A DNA stretch of 64,000 nucleotides from an uncultured Candidatus Rokubacteria bacterium (GTDB lineage: Bacteria; Methylomirabilota; Methylomirabilia; Rokubacteriales; DASRDR01): the NCBI GenBank assembly GCA_963826115.1, contig CAWGVS010000005.1:864001-928000 (forward strand), in the 5' to 3' direction. How positions within the stretch are numbered: the first letter of the stretch is position 1; every line of letters starts with the position of its first letter. Below are positions 63,281 through 64,000 of the stretch, piece by piece. Made by a program: the position numbers and the translations under genes. Below the pieces are notes generated by a model, which made no database searches, was not told the DNA's origin, and saw only the letters and a program-made list of their open reading frames with translations.

Positions 63281-63586
63281 GTGAGCCCCCCCGACGGCGC
63301 GACCTGCGTCGTGTGCAAGTCCGTGGCGGTGCCCATCAAGGGTGGCGGCGTCGTGCAGTGGGAGCGACAGGATACGCCGGAGTTCCACTACATGGCGACG
63401 CCGCCGGCGATGCGCCGGCGTCAGTGGGCCGCGGAGGAGAAGCTGGCGCCGCTCCGGGATCGCATGGATGCGATCCACCGGAAGGGCCAGGTCGCCTGGA
63501 TCGACGTGAAGGAGAACGGTGACTTCGTCTTCTACCAGGCGCCGCACGGGCAGGTGCCCGCGAACATCCCGCGGACGCCCAGGTAG
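63281..63586 (+). CDS. Hypothetical protein with CxxC motif
   Basis: GC3-rich codons from GTG 63281 (frame open from 63209); CVVC motif. Confidence 0.6.
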   Translation: MSPPDGATCVVCKSVAVPIKGGGVVQWERQDTPEFHYMATPPAMRRRQWAAEEKLAPLRDRMDAIHRKGQVAWIDVKENGDFVFYQAPHGQVPANIPRTPR

Positions 63587-63616
63587 CTGTCGGGACGACC
63601 GCCGGGTTCGATTCTC

Positions 63617-63766
63617 TTAGAGACAGTTCCGGGCGATGCGACCCGAGAACGTGTCCACGCACGCCTGCGGCGGGGCCGGACCCGCCGGCTGCCCCGACGG
63701 CGCCGTCGAGACGCCTGCGCACCCGTACATTCCCAGCACGACCAGGCTCAGCAGGATGGCCCGCAT
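63617..63766 (-). CDS. Small lipoprotein (49 aa)
   Basis: GGAG RBS, MRAILLSLVVLGMYGC lipobox, C-terminal Cys pair. Confidence 0.6.
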   Translation of the reverse strand: MRAILLSLVVLGMYGCAGVSTAPSGQPAGPAPPQACVDTFSGRIARNCL

Positions 63767-63903
63767 TCTTGTGCTCCAGTCCTCTTGTCCGGCTGCCACG
63801 ACGATCCGATGACGGCTCGTCCGCTGTCCACAGGGCTCGTCGAAATGTGAACGCGCGAAGAGAAGCCGGTGTTCCCCTCGCGCGGAGCTGGCACCAGGAG
63901 GGA

Positions 63904-63979
63904 TGGAGGCGGCGGGCGGATTCGAACCGCCGAGTAACGGTTTTGCAGACCGTCGCCTTAGCCACTTGGCTACGCCGCC
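63904..63979 (-). tRNA. tRNA-Cys(GCA)
   Basis: GGCGGCG acceptor stem, ACGGT-CTGCAAA-ACCGT anticodon arm, GGTTCGAATCC, CCA end. Confidence 0.96.
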
Positions 63980-64000
63980 GTGTCCGGACCGACGCGAGAC

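Noticed and set aside
63225-63284. Short ORF ending C-T-TGA as a fourth selenoprotein
   Set aside because: The readthrough frame lacks codon bias and homology; the overlapping frame is the coding one.
63904-63979. tRNA-Cys as a UGA suppressor or tRNA-Sec
   Set aside because: Anticodon is GCA with a standard 76-nt structure. The 90-nt tRNA has anticodon TAA (Leu). No sel genes are in the window.

Overview
Very GC-rich bacterial chromosomal window. Gene style suggests an uncultured soil lineage such as Candidatus Rokubacteria; this is inference only. The first ~44 kb is mostly housekeeping: hydrolases, nfo, an ABC exporter pair, rmuC, nadX, trxB, a cold-shock gene, split MetE, glcDEF, a 2-oxoacid:ferredoxin oxidoreductase, LysR-gltBD, a radical SAM enzyme and a PilT-like ATPase. 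From ~44.8 to 60 kb lies a metal/redox island: a CopD-cytochrome c fusion operon, a bufferin-type DUF2282/DUF692/DUF2063/DoxX RiPP cluster with a duplicated precursor, a two-component system, an adenylate cyclase, a Fur-family regulator and NiCoT/DUF1007. tRNA-Leu(TAA) and tRNA-Cys(GCA) are near the end. The main signal missed by the ORF track is three genes split by an in-frame TGA exactly at the catalytic cysteine, each followed by a short hairpin, so probably selenoproteins: a peroxiredoxin (TPG-U), an exported U-x-x-C thioredoxin and an exported U-x-C rhodanese. The Sec-thioredoxin and two-component cassette sits inside the bufferin cluster between ~395-bp direct repeats, and shares a 20-bp operator-like box with the second precursor gene. 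All family calls come from motif recognition; no database searches were run.
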